Assembly: GCA_046563655.1 (NCBI GenBank)
Contig: CM102290.1
Coordinates: 7,874,001 to 7,938,000 of the forward strand
Length of the DNA: 64,000 nucleotides
Source: Yuukianura sp. NJ FZ-2021
Lineage: Eukaryota
Direction: 5' to 3'
Of this stretch, positions 12,277-24,554 are shown piece by piece. The notes under the pieces were generated by a model. It made no database searches and was not told the origin of the DNA. It saw nothing but the letters and a program-made list of their open reading frames with translations. Position 1 is the first letter of the stretch, and every line of letters starts with the position of its first letter. The position numbers were made by a program, and so were the translations under genes.

Positions 12277-13834
12277 ACAACGCATTCGTGTGTGTGCGTC
12301 CTCGACATTACAAATTGAAATTGAACGAAGCGTCAACCTCTAAATTCGAAATGGACATATGGTAAGCAATAAACTGCCGCGAACTATCATCTTGAACTAC
12401 GACTTGCTAAAAATTTAAAGTAACACTGTGTTACATTTTTGCTTAAAAGCATTCATTAGTGTGATCGTGAGTCTTCGTAATTGCGTTTCTTCCAAAACCG
12501 TAAGTGGAAACAAGTGATTCACTACTCTGTAACTCCTACGAAACAGATTTCATTAGTATGTAGTTGGAAAGTTTAATCTTCCAACCTTAGCTGATTAGCT
12601 TTCTACTCGTCTCTGTAGTACGAATAGTTCTTTTTTTTTGTTGCATTTCATCAAATAATTTTAGTTTTATCGTCTTAGTTGTAATTTTTAGTAGTATTTA
12701 TGAAAACGGAAGTTATGAAGAACTGCGTCCATCTTTGTGTATTTTCTCTACGTAGGAAGGATTTGCAGTATGGTTTCTCATTATTTTTAGGAATCTGTCA
12801 CACTTAATTTAATTAAGCATGGAATTTAGAGTAATTTCCATTATCTGTTCTTGACCTTCCTAGAAGAGAAGATATTAAATATTTCAATTGTTCAATTCAT
12901 GTTTCTGTTAAAAGTAAAAATAACCAACGAGATTCAGGGATCCATCCCATGGCCTATTTTGGTGATAGATCCATCACTTAAACTTAATTAAGAGAGAAAA
13001 CGGCATTGGTTGAAATTATTTTAAAATTATCAATTATGTTTCTGTAAGAATATAGGAAACTCATGTGAAAATAAAAATGAAACCGAACATTATGTCGGAA
13101 CGGTAAGGTTGTTTAAATCGAAATGTTCATTTTTTCTTAACATGCGTTGTTCTTTAACACTTTGCGTTTTCTGCGTTTCAAGAATTCGGCAACCTAGTTG
13201 TAGGTGTTGAGCTTCATCAAAAGAAGCAAAAGGCTAACGAGTCCAGGCCGGGAACACGCCATAATATAATCTCGGGATTCCATTGTCATGTGCTCTGTCA
13301 TGAGACATGTCTCTTTTGTTTGATTTTCAACTGCATATGGTTCTCGTATGTGTTAAAACATGGGTAGTTCATCGTATTTAGTAGTATATTCAACAATTTT
13401 AAAAGTTTTTTCTTTTAGTTTTTTTTCCTTGAAAAATTTCAACTACAAATGACGGGAAATGTTGAAAAGTTTACAGTTAATGGCAAACTGACTAAAAACT
13501 TTGGAAAATTTTAAGCTTAGCGGAAGCAGAAGCAGAATGTCGTCGATAACTTATGAACTTATCTCTTCACGCCTAAATTCAACGTTACTCCCGCCTATCA
13601 CAACTAAACTTTCTAAATTTTTAATCAAGTAATTGAATGATTCAGAGGAAAAGAATGATTTATTAATTTTTTTTTCAGAGAGGGTAGTATAATCGAAGAT
13701 GACAGATTTCCTGGAATGTTCAGAAAGAAAAGAGACAGGAAAGACTAGAAAAAGGATATAAGAACAGAAAGAGAAGGTGAAAATGAAAAAAACGATGGTT
13801 TGGTCGCTTATGTGGCTTGATGTCTCCGTGGAGC

Positions 13835-15933
13835 TTAGAATTCACGAAGCTTCTTGTCGCCGACCTTGAGGCTGAGGCGGGTATTGAGGGCTCGGGCACG
13901 AAGTCTGGCCCAGATGACGTGGTCGCTGAGGGCAAGGATGTTGGCGGCAGCAAGCCCAGCAGCTTCTGGGTACATGACAGTCGTACATCCTAGACCGGAT
14001 GGAACGTCCAAGGAAGACCAAATGTCACGGGCCACAGTGTCTGGCTTCACTGGTGGACAGTTGATGACAGGGTAAGCTGTGTTGGCGGAAAGTACTGGTC
14101 CAAGACCATTGGATCGCCCAGCACAAGCAATGAACACGGTCGGTACTCCGGAACCTTCGTATTGAGCCAAAACGTCAAGAGTCTCAGCAGTTTCCTTGTG
14201 AGCTGAACTGACGCGCATGTGCGCTGGAACGCCGAGGTCACGGCAAGTCTTGATGATCTTCTTGCAGTGTTCTTCGTCAGTTGGCGATCCCATGAGTACA
14301 ACGACCTAGAATTTGGAAATACAGAAAATTTTATAAAAAATTATTCCAAGATCCGAATTCTTCAAAATTTTGAATTTTGAATTTTAGTGTTATGTTTGTT
14401 ACCAAAGACTTGGGAGCAGGCATGAGCAGATCAAGCTTCTCGGCAGTCCATTGGAAGTTGAGCTTGACAGTTTCCAGAGCCTCAGCCGTTACGGTTTCGA
14501 GGTTACGGTAGACCTGCTTGTCCTTCATCATGCGCTTGTCACCAGAGGGCCAGAGTCTCCATGAATCAGAGTCAATGACATCAGACACCATGATTTCTCC
14601 GTTGTTAACTCCAAATTCAATCTTCATGTCGATGAGGGCACAGTCGATGGAAGCCCATGCCTTCTCCAAAATTTCAAAAACGACCAATGTAGTTCTAGTC
14701 ATGAAGTCAATTTCGTCAGCTCCGATGACCAATCCTCCAACGTTCAATTTGGCCGACAGCAATTGCTCTTCGGACCATTGTGGGTCATGGTTGGCATCAT
14801 CCTAATCAAAAGAAAAATACAAAATCCAATTTGAGAAATTCAATCAATGACCGCAGTTTCTATGCAGAATTTGTCAAAGGTAAGCGCAACTTACAAAGTA
14901 AAAATTAAAGTTTATGATAAAAAAAAAAGTGGTAAAAAAGGCCTGATAAATTGCAGGATTTTAACAGCACGTTAAGTCAGGCAGGCGTTGTAAAATTTTT
15001 GTGGAAAATCAAAAATTTCAAAGGTTCAATACTTATAGAATCATGGAAATATTGAAGAAATCCTGAAAGTTCCTTTGGTTTTGAGTACCATACGAATCCA
15101 TGTGTCGTACGAGACGTGACCTTGAATTGCATAACTTTTCTTTGACAAGGAAGCATTAATTCAACTTAAAAGTGTCATCAGGCCTCTCAAGTCGTTATAA
15201 TCTCTGCAGAGCGTGAAACACTCTTAGATAGGATTGTAACAACTCCCACTTGAAATAACATTTCTTTATTTACTATGTATTACTATTGAAATGAAGTTGC
15301 GAAAGTTTCATGTTCTGGACAAGATATTGGGCCAGACCTCTATTTTCACATGACCTTTTAAATCTTGTTAGAAACCTTCAAGTTAAAAGTTCATCAAGCC
15401 TTATGAGGAATATTACTGAATTGGAATTTCCAAAATACGCGTATTTTTTACATGTTAAAAAGTTGAGCTAAACAATTTACCTTGAAGAAGGTTTCCTGCT
15501 TTGGTGGATTGAATCGGAATCCCTCTGGAACGCCGACGTTCCGCTTGAGGAAAGATCCAGTGGCAACACGACGAGTGACCCATTCGATCGGAACCATGTC
15601 ACATTTCTTGCCAACGAACGCAGTGTCCGACACCTTCTCAATGTAGTGCGTCTTGACCCCTACGCTGTTAAGGAGTTCAAAGACCTTGCAGGTCGTGGCG
15701 TTGGCAATGGCTGACTTTCCCTCCATGACGTGGGCTCTGGCTCCATCACCAGCCGTGATCTTGTCCTTGGACAGGACCAAGACTTGTCCTGGACGACTTG
15801 GCAAATCAAAGATCTGCTTCGTCTTACCTTCAATGACCAATTTTCCTGGAGTAAGATCTGTAACAAAAGATCTCAAGTGAGTATGACCTATGAAATGACC
15901 CAAGAGTACTTTTAGTACGGACTGACCTGCCAT
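13835..15933 (-). CDS. PAICS: Bifunctional SAICAR synthetase / AIR carboxylase (ade5/PAICS)
   Basis: Exons 15933-15927 (ATG GCA G|GTCAGT), 15857-15481, 14801-14403, 14305-13835. Motifs [62 protein letters not shown]. Confidence 0.97.
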
Positions 15934-18279
15934 TTTAGCTAGCGTGGAATAGCGTCTGTGACAACTACCAACGACAAAGTGTGGAGGAATTGAAGATGAA
16001 GTCGAGTAATATAGAAACTAGGAAGCCAAAGCAAGATGTAAAAGGGGAGGAGTTTCCTAGACGCGTGGCGCTTAGAGTTTACAGCAATAACGTAACTTTC
16101 CTAAATTGATTGCAAGATATACAGTAAATGTCACAAGGAAAACTGAAGCGTCATTTTACAGTCACTGAATTTTAAATGCCATTTTCCAACCACTTCCAGC
16201 TTTGTTTTAATTGAATAACCTTTTAGTAAACATCAGATTAAGCGTTGTTGGATTTCAACGTGTCCAAAAAAAATTGTGGACCACAAAATGGAAGCGAGGT
16301 GAAAAACACATCCCTTTGCGTGAACTTTGTTTTATTTTTGCCAAATTCATTTCATTACAAAGCGTGGAACATTCTAAAAAAAAATTGGTACTTCAAAAAT
16401 CCACCAAAACTTTCAAATGTTTTTTAGAAGAAAAATCGTTTTTCTTTTGATATTTTTTTAAACGGGAAACACGGAGTGCTAAGTTGCTTTTAAATTTTTT
16501 CATGTTTACATTTCAAATATTACTTTGCCACCCTTCAAACGCATTTCCAACAGAATATACCCCATGATTCCTAAAATAAGCTGTTGGTCAAGGACTGACA
16601 TCGTAGAGTGGATGACGTGTCACGTGACGAGTGCGATTTCCTTGTAAGTTGTGTAAGACGCCTTGACCTCGCTGACCCTCAAAGTGTTTCCAACAACCAC
16701 ACTCCATCGTACTTTCTAGAACAAACGTTAATGTCCATGCTACAAAAGAAGACATCATCTCCAATCTAGCTCAGAATCCAGATGAAGATCTTCGTCAAAG
16801 CAGAAATTGGAGCAGTTTCTAAATAGAGGGTGGGGGTGGGAATTCATTTTTTTTAAAGATTTATAATCCCAGCATGGTAAAGACAGTTGGAGCCTTGTTA
16901 CCAAGTCTGCGTGTGGAAAACATACACGCCTCCGTCTTTCAACTAATGTACGATTAAAAACTCTCAGTCAGAGGTCAGAGGTCACTTTACCCTAACTAAC
17001 GATCTTATGCTTATAAAATAAGTGGGCTTTGCACTACTATGTGTTTCTTGCTCTGGATCTTTGTAACTTATTGCATCATCGATTTAAGAAATCTTCTGGT
17101 TCAAGATAAGACATTGGCAATTTGTGAAATAGAAAAGCTTGGACAATTTAAGCTCCCATTATGTGTAAATACATAGCAGGAATTTTACAAACCGAAAAAA
17201 AGTTAAGTACATTGGTCATAACTCAGGCGACAAGAACAATATTGCAAGAAACTATTTTTGAACAAAATGTCCGAGTTTAAAAAAACAAAGTCCGATGACT
17301 AGTAAAAAGCTTCTCCCGGATTCCTTGAAGATGTGATTCATTGTCATTGTTTCAAAAGCCTAAAGCTTAAAACGTCTAAAAGTTCAACCCTTTGACCACA
17401 ACGACGAACAAAAGTTTTATCTTCGGCTCCCTTCAAATCCATCGCCAGTTCAAAGTTGTAATTTCTTAGAACTATTCTTGTTGTTTATTTTAAACAGTGC
17501 AAAGTTTTTTCTAAACACACCCTAAACAAAACAAATTGTATAAATTTTAGACTACTGGTCTTTCAGAAGTTAATTTTACAAGATACATTCTTTTTTTAAG
17601 AATACACTTTTGTTGGAGAAAGTTAATGTATGTGAAGATATAGTGTTGAGAAATATTAAACTAATTATCAGAATGGCAACTGACACGCGACCTTTGACCT
17701 TATAGACTCTCCTTCTTCAAACGGAGTGTGTCTATAGAGGGTTTTTTTTTCTTAAAATGGCCAAAAACTAAACAGTCATACCAGTACTTTCTGGTTTCTT
17801 TTGTCCATCGACAGAGAACTACTCGTGGCATGTCGCCATGTCTCAAACTACACCGTGTAGAAACCTCCCCCTGGCCCAATCGTTCCCCCTGCTGGACTTG
17901 ACTAGCATGCTCTTTCATGTCACAAGATTGGACCACCCTGCCAATCGGTAAGAATTGGCTTCTGCTGGATCCTATCGCATCTCTCAATCCGGCACACTTA
18001 GAAGCCACTTTACTGCTAAAAATCTTCAAGAGCCTCTTCCCTCTTGTGATATCTGGGACAATTTCAATGGCAAATTGGGGTGCCCTCGCCGTCAATCACA
18101 GACAGCGACTCAGTCGCACTTTTGTCTTCCAAGGCTCACTGTGACACATCTTCCCAAAAGAATTTCAGCACGTTCCAACAGTTTAGAAGGAGCTAGAAGT
18201 CAGGGTGCTAAAGTAGCACAGGTGAAAACCAGGTCAAGGTTAACAAGTTATCGCTCAAAAGGGGTCAAGCATATTTGGA
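15934..18279. promoter_or_regulatory. Divergent PAICS/PPAT promoter region
   Basis: Start codons face away from each other about 2.35 kb apart. Contains GTCACGTGAC (16619-16628), DR1 AGGTCAgAGGTCA (16972-16984), minus-strand AGGTCAaAGGTCG (17688-17700) and DR3-like TGACCTcgcTGACCC (16664-16678). Confidence 0.65.
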
Positions 18280-21200
18280 ATGGCTGACATTAACCCGGCA
18301 ACGACACGTACAGAAACCAAAGGAGACGTAGAGAAAGCGTCCTTGGCGACGGCGCTGATGCCCAACGGGGATGAAGCGGGAATTACGCACAACTGCGGCG
18401 TTTTCGGCTGCATTGTTGCCGGAGAGTGGCCAACGCACATTGACGTTGCTCAGATTATTTGTCTTGGCCTCGTGGCTCTTCAGCATAGGTAAGCGTCATA
18501 CGTCATTAAACGACCTTATATGTTCATAAATCCATTCTCTGGACTCCAGAATCTGGAGTGTTATTTTCCTTCTGTAGCTCCGTTTAATGATGTAACAGCT
18601 AAAACTTAAGATTTTCCAGCGTAAACAAACGGATCAAGCAGCTAAATCAAACAACTGCCGTTACTCTTTCTATCTTATCCTAATCATTTTCTTGTTTTTT
18701 TGAACTTAGAGGTCAAGAGAGCGCTGGAATTGTTACGTCCAAAGGTGAAGACACAAAGCGATTGTCAATTCACAAGGGCATGGGCCTCGTGTCTCATATT
18801 TTTGATGATCAATCGATGGTCAAGCTCAAAGGGAACCTGGGTATTGGACATACCCGCTACTCAACTTCCGCTGCGTCAGAAGTTGTCAACTGTCAGCCAT
18901 TTGTTGTCCACACGCAGCATGGAGCGCTGGCAGTGGCTCACAATGGAGAACTTGTCAATGCAGAAGCGTTGCGCAAAAAGGTCAGAGAGACGTGTCAAAT
19001 CTACATTGCAAAATTATTCAATCTCTAGCACAATTTACCATGATAAGGGAGAAGTTCTTTTTTTAAAGTTAGCCGGCGAGAAAAAAATCAATTTTATAAG
19101 AAAAAGTCACTTTAAAGATCACGCCTTTAGCAACACATCGCAAAAGAGATTAGGCTTTGTGGCTAGGTTTTGCGATCTCAGCGTTTTGCTTGTTTGATTT
19201 CAAATGAAACCGTTAATGCTGACTTAGCTTACATTTATTAAGTAGCTATAAAAATAGTTATGATTTTACGTTGTCGGGCCGTCTGTCTGGCTGTCAGCGG
19301 CAATTATCTCTGAGAGGTTCACCATTTCCCGGATATGTTTTCACTACTGAATATCGAGTGACCCGGGGTGTTCAGTATTGAGTAGCATTTCGGTGGATCA
19401 ACTCCTTCCGGGTGAAAGGTCAAGGTCAACCTGTTTTGTATACATTAGCGCGGGTCATACATATATGCAGGTCAAAGGTCACTTTTTTTCATTTTTCGGT
19501 CCATAACGACAATGCGTTAAAGTTCACCATGGTTTATCCTGGTTACCAGCCGTTTGCGAATGCAGCGCCATCTTTCGCTACTTTATACTCCGGGGTATAA
19601 CGGGATTTATTTTTCTTTGGCGTCATGCAACATTTCTAGTAGGCAAAACAGGAACTACTAAAGAACACACTCAAACCAGCGTCCTTGACCTAACTTGTGA
19701 CTTAAAAAATTTAAAAGTTCAGAATTTACATTTATAGCGCAACAAAAATCAAAGAGATGACGCTGCTAAATTCCTGGTCGTCAATCGAACTTCCTTTTTG
19801 GGAAAAGAGCGTTGAAAAATTAAGTCGTACTAAAAGTTAATAGCAGTTTTGAACTAATTTCTAGGTGCTGGACCGTGGGTTGGGATTGTCCACAACGTCT
19901 GACTCTGAGCTAATTACGCAAGCGCTCTGCCTCAATCCTCCAGAAGATGAAACTGATGGTCCGAATTGGCCTGCGCGAATCAAGAACGTAATGGGCATGA
20001 GTCCATTGTCATACTCATTGGTACTGCTCTACCGAGATCGGATCTACGGAGTCCGAGATCCCTATGGCAACAGACCCCTATGTCTTGGAAAACTTGTTCC
20101 AGCACTTAAGCGAACCAACAATCCCAACATGGGGGAAGACGTCGAAGGGTGGGTCATATCGTCGGAAAGTTCCGGATTTTTGTCAATTGGTGCTCGGTAC
20201 ATGCGGGAAGTGGAACCAGGAGAAATTGTAGAACTTACGAAAACTGGTGTCAAATCTATTGGACTTGTGGATCGTCCTTCAGATCGCTTACCAGCCTTTT
20301 GTATTTTTGAATATGTCTACTTTGCTAGACCAGACTCCATTTTCGAAGGTACATATTTTGGAAAAATATTTTTAAAAATTTGAAAAGTAACTTAAACTAT
20401 GTATGTATCCACGTTTCAGGTCAAGTTGTGTATACCGTTCGGCTGCAATGTGGGAGGGAGCTGGCCAAAGAGGCACCGTGCGACGCCGACATTGTGAGTT
20501 CCGTTCCAGAATCCGGAACTGCAGCGGCCCACGGCTACTCCCGCCAATCTGGAATTCCTTTTGTAGAAGTTTTGTGCAAGAACCGATACGTGGGTCGAAC
20601 TTTCATTCAGCCCAGTACGAGATTGCGACAGTTGGGTGTGGCCAAGAAATTTGGAGCTCTTCTGGACAACGTCTATGGCAAGAAGATTATCCTTATCGAC
20701 GACTCCATTGTTCGAGGTAACACTATTGGACCAATCATCAAGCTTCTTCGTGATGCTGGAGCCAAGGAGGTAACTACACTTTGATCTTTCCAAATCGCTT
20801 TATCCCAATGTCAACACTCCTCCATTAATCTTTTACTTTTGAGCATTGTGCAATTCCCTTCTGGGCAAGATTAATCTCTGCCAACTAAAACTCTAACGCA
20901 ACTTCATATTACATAATAGGAGGATTTAAAGTTCAATTCCCCTTGGGCATTATGTTCATTAGTTTCTTAACTTTAAAAACTTCCTTCACAGGTTCATATA
21001 AGAATTGCATCTCCGCCAATCAAGTATCCATGTTACATGGGAATCAATATTCCAACACGAGAGGAACTTATTGCAAATAAGCTCGATCCACCGCATTTGG
21101 CCGAAGCCGTCGGTAATGAACTAAAGTTTTTTGAAAAAAAAAATTGATCAAAATTTCTAGATGTCGTTTCTGACTAACTTTTTGTAAAACCTGAAACAGG

Positions 21201-21339
21201 AGCTGACAGTTTGGTGTATCTCTCCATTGAAGGCCTGAGATCAGCAGTAACCTACTCCAACAGTCACAAGGATCCAAAGAAGATTGGTCACTGCACAGCA
21301 TGTCTATCTGGAGACTATCCAGAAAAATTGGAATGGTAA
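18280..21339 (+). CDS. PPAT: Amidophosphoribosyltransferase (glutamine PRPP amidotransferase)
   Basis: Propeptide then [76 protein letters not shown]. Exons ~18280-18488, 18710-18980, 19865-20348, 20420-20769, 20992-21112, 21200-21339. Confidence 0.97.
19237..19608 (+). mobile_element. DINE-1/HINE-like (Helentron-associated) non-autonomous element in PPAT intron 2
   Basis: Short subterminal inverted repeats AAGTAGC (19240) / GCTACTT (19577), 5' mini-hairpin CTATaaaaATAG, GTCT-type microsatellite remnant (ccgtctgtctggctgtc), 3' stem-loop TTATACtccgggGTATAA (19583-19600), T-rich flanks. Confidence 0.6.
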
Positions 21340-21827
21340 CAACGTGGCTACTGCCGGAATAAAGACTCTGCCTTTAGATCCGCACTTTGTCATTCGGACG
21401 GCTAAGGTGTGAACATCAACCTGAAGAGCCATCGCTCCAAAAAACTTTTCAAAATGTTGTAGTCAAATATATCGAGACGTTTGAATTTTTTTTAAAAAAA
21501 AACGAAACGGATCTGAAAATTCTTATCAAGGAAATGGACGACCCTCATATTTTCCATTGGCAAAGTCAATACGTTCAATTTAGCAAAACTGAAGGAAAAT
21601 GTTGTTAATTTAATGCGCATGATCAACTTGAAATTAAAAAGAAACGTTTTGTTCATTTTCGGTTTTGGGATACATTTTGAAAAAAAAATCAAATTTGAAG
21701 GAACAATCAAACTCCATTGACTTTATTTGGCCCAGTCTAATTTTTGGAAAAAAAAATTAAAAGAAGCTCAGTTCGATATCAGATCACTGTTGCAAATGCA
21801 TGCTTTTCTCTCACTACTTCGACTAAA

Positions 21828-23621
21828 CTAAAATATAATTGAGTTTGCCTTCTGCTCTGCACATTGTTCAATTTCTTGAATAGTTTTGGGACAATGGGAA
21901 GTGATGACCTCTTGACCATCGGGTGTTACGAGTACATCATCTTCAATTCGTATCCCAATTCCAATAAATTCTCTGCCTATTTTGGTAAGTAGTTCGTCTT
22001 GATGCGAGCTCTGAGTCCCTTGTACATAAATTCCAGGTTCGACAGTGATGACCATTCCAGCTTGAAGAGCAGAGTGACGCTCGATGCAAGACGTGTCATG
22101 AACATCCAGTCCCAAGTAGTGACTCACATGATGTGGACAGAACCGAAGTGCCAGATCCGTAGGTTTTTGGGTGATGTCAATTGACTTGTCGATGATTCCT
22201 AGTTCTTGGAGTCCTTGTAGCATGATATACCCCATGGACCTGAACAGCCGATCCAATGTCATTCCTGGTTCCACTTGAAGTACGACTTTCTGTTGAATAT
22301 CAAGCACCAGTTCATAGAGACTTCTCTGATGATCATTTGTAAACTTGCCGGTAACTGGGAAGGTACGTGTAATATCGCTGCAGTATCCAAAAAACTCACA
22401 CCCAGCGTCAACCTAATAATTATTCATTTAATTGGTTAAGTTTTAAGCTACTGATGTACTCACGGATGGGTATTAAAATGATTTGAAGTTGTAACTTACC
22501 AGGCAGAGGTCGTCTTTGTTGCAAAAGTTTTTGTTGTGAACGTAATGAATGATGTTAGCTCTAGCTCCAGATGCGACTACTGGCGGATACGCTAGTCGTT
22601 CGGCTCCACGAACACGACACTCGTAGTCAAGCTTAGCCCAAATGTGATGTTCCGAGACAGCATTACCAGCACTGTAAGCTTCGCTGCAGTGAGCCATGGT
22701 CGATCTGAAGGCTTCGGAAGCGATGCGAGCCGATTTCTTCATCAGATCAATTTCCCCTTTGGATTTGATGACTCTGAGTGAGTGCAGGATTCCCTTTGGC
22801 GACTGAACTGGTTGACTTTCGACAGAGGAAATGAAGTGTACCTTAATCTTCTCTAAAAATGTTCTGTCTTCGCACCAAAATATAAATTTTCTGTCGCTGG
22901 ACAAAACAAAGTCTCGGACGTACGTATCAAAATTTGACAAGAGGTATGCTTTATCCAATCCCAAATGATGAATGGCTGCGTCTTGAGATGTTTTTCGTCC
23001 TTCCCATAGTTCACTCAATGGATCCGGATCAGAAAGAAAAATTGAGTGAGTCTGATCACCACTGGTTGAGACAGTGATGACCAAAACAGCATCCGGGTCA
23101 TAACTTCCAGTCAAGTAGAAGAAATTGGAGTTTTGTCTGAAGGGATATGGTATATTTTCAGTCATGTACTTCTTTGAAGACGCTGGAATTACAATTAGAT
23201 GTGCCAGGTCATCTCCGCGTGTTCTTTGCGTATAGCGAGTTGCAAATGTTCCTACTCTGGTCCTTCTATCTTTCAATTCCTCCCTTGATATACCAGGAAT
23301 CACCTTCACAAAATATGTAAATGTTGAATTGACTACAATTATTGATGGTGTATATTAAATAGCAAATGTAGTATATCTCACGTCTTGAGGATTGGTATAA
23401 AATTCAGGATTCGAAATATGAGTCGGCTGACCATAAGAAAGTTGATACCGAATGCTAGGAAATTCATCGGTGGACACATTAGTCAGTGAAGACGGATATG
23501 ACGAGAAGAGTGCTACAGAACTTGATGGTTGATGACAATGAAGCGTCCCACTGTTTATTTTGCTATTCTGAATATGGAATTTGGTAACATTCCTTGCGAA
23601 TCGAAGTAATAGTGGCTTCAT
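21828..23621 (-). CDS. XPNPEP3: Xaa-Pro aminopeptidase 3 (mitochondrial Icp55-type, M24B)
   Basis: Exons 23621-23382, 23303-22500, 22412-21828. Basic presequence; GQPTH, PYPFRQNSNFFYLTG, LAYPPVVASG, VDAGCEFFGYCSDITRTFP, PHHVSHYLGLDVHD, ITVEPGIY, GIRIEDDV. Confidence 0.95.
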
Positions 23622-24554
23622 TGTGACGAAAACAGTTTTGTGACCAGAAATCTAAGGGTAATAAAAACAACAGGAATTAAATTGAATCGAATTGATCTAA
23701 ACTTAAAAGAATGTTCTGATTCACAATTAACCATTAAGTAATTCAATTAAAAACCAGTGTGCACTTACCCAAATCCAAAAGAAAAAACCGCACGAAATCC
23801 TCGGTCCTCACCTTTGTGTTTTCCTTGCGTAATTTAAAATTCGTAGAATTTTCCGTTCCTTTTGTGTTTTTTAATGTTCTGATAATGGCATTTTAAAACA
23901 CAACGATTTCGAATTAACAGCTTGCTGTTGCATGTACAGCATTACTACTAAATTCATTAAGTTAGTATAGCAAATACAAATTTAATTAAACTACATACTG
24001 AAAAATTATAACTTTGTTTCAGCTAACCTATTGAGAATTACAGAGGAAACAGATGACCGTCGCGCCAACTTCATTTTTTTGAAATTTAAAATTAACAATT
24101 TCAGATTCCCATTCCCTGTCCATGCTTTTTTTTGCACATGGATGAAATATTCCCTCCACAATTTTTCTTGGTACTAATAATAAGGTGAAATACCGTTGTG
24201 AAACTTAAAGTTGAAGTAATCGATTAATCTTGCTTTAGTTGGGAGGGTACGGCTGACGAAGTTCATAGCGTTCATAGTTCATCTCACGTCCCTGTGGTTA
24301 CCGGTAAGGTTAAGGTTGTCCTTTTGCTTTAGAATCCATTTTCATAGGTTTTAGAATTTGAGCTAATTTGTATGTTGTGTTATGTACATGTAATAATTAT
24401 GTACCGGTTAATTTATGTGAACTGTTTTCATTATTTATCTTTACACATTTGCTTGCAAAGCCAAACATTGATGTGCTTTCTGGCAAATCATGTAGGAAGT
24501 GGAATTTTATATTGTTTTACTCTTTCAGGTCAATCTCTACTGTACTGTCCGAAA

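Noticed and set aside
15858..15926. N-terminal extension [14 protein letters not shown]... of PAICS in the ORF track
   Set aside because: It is a 69-nt GTCAGT...TTACAG intron that happens to stay in frame; the spliced start is MADLTPGK.
17700..18287. ORFs of 75-131 aa in the PAICS-PPAT spacer
   Set aside because: Overlapping on both strands with no recognisable motifs; likely promoter/UTR sequence.
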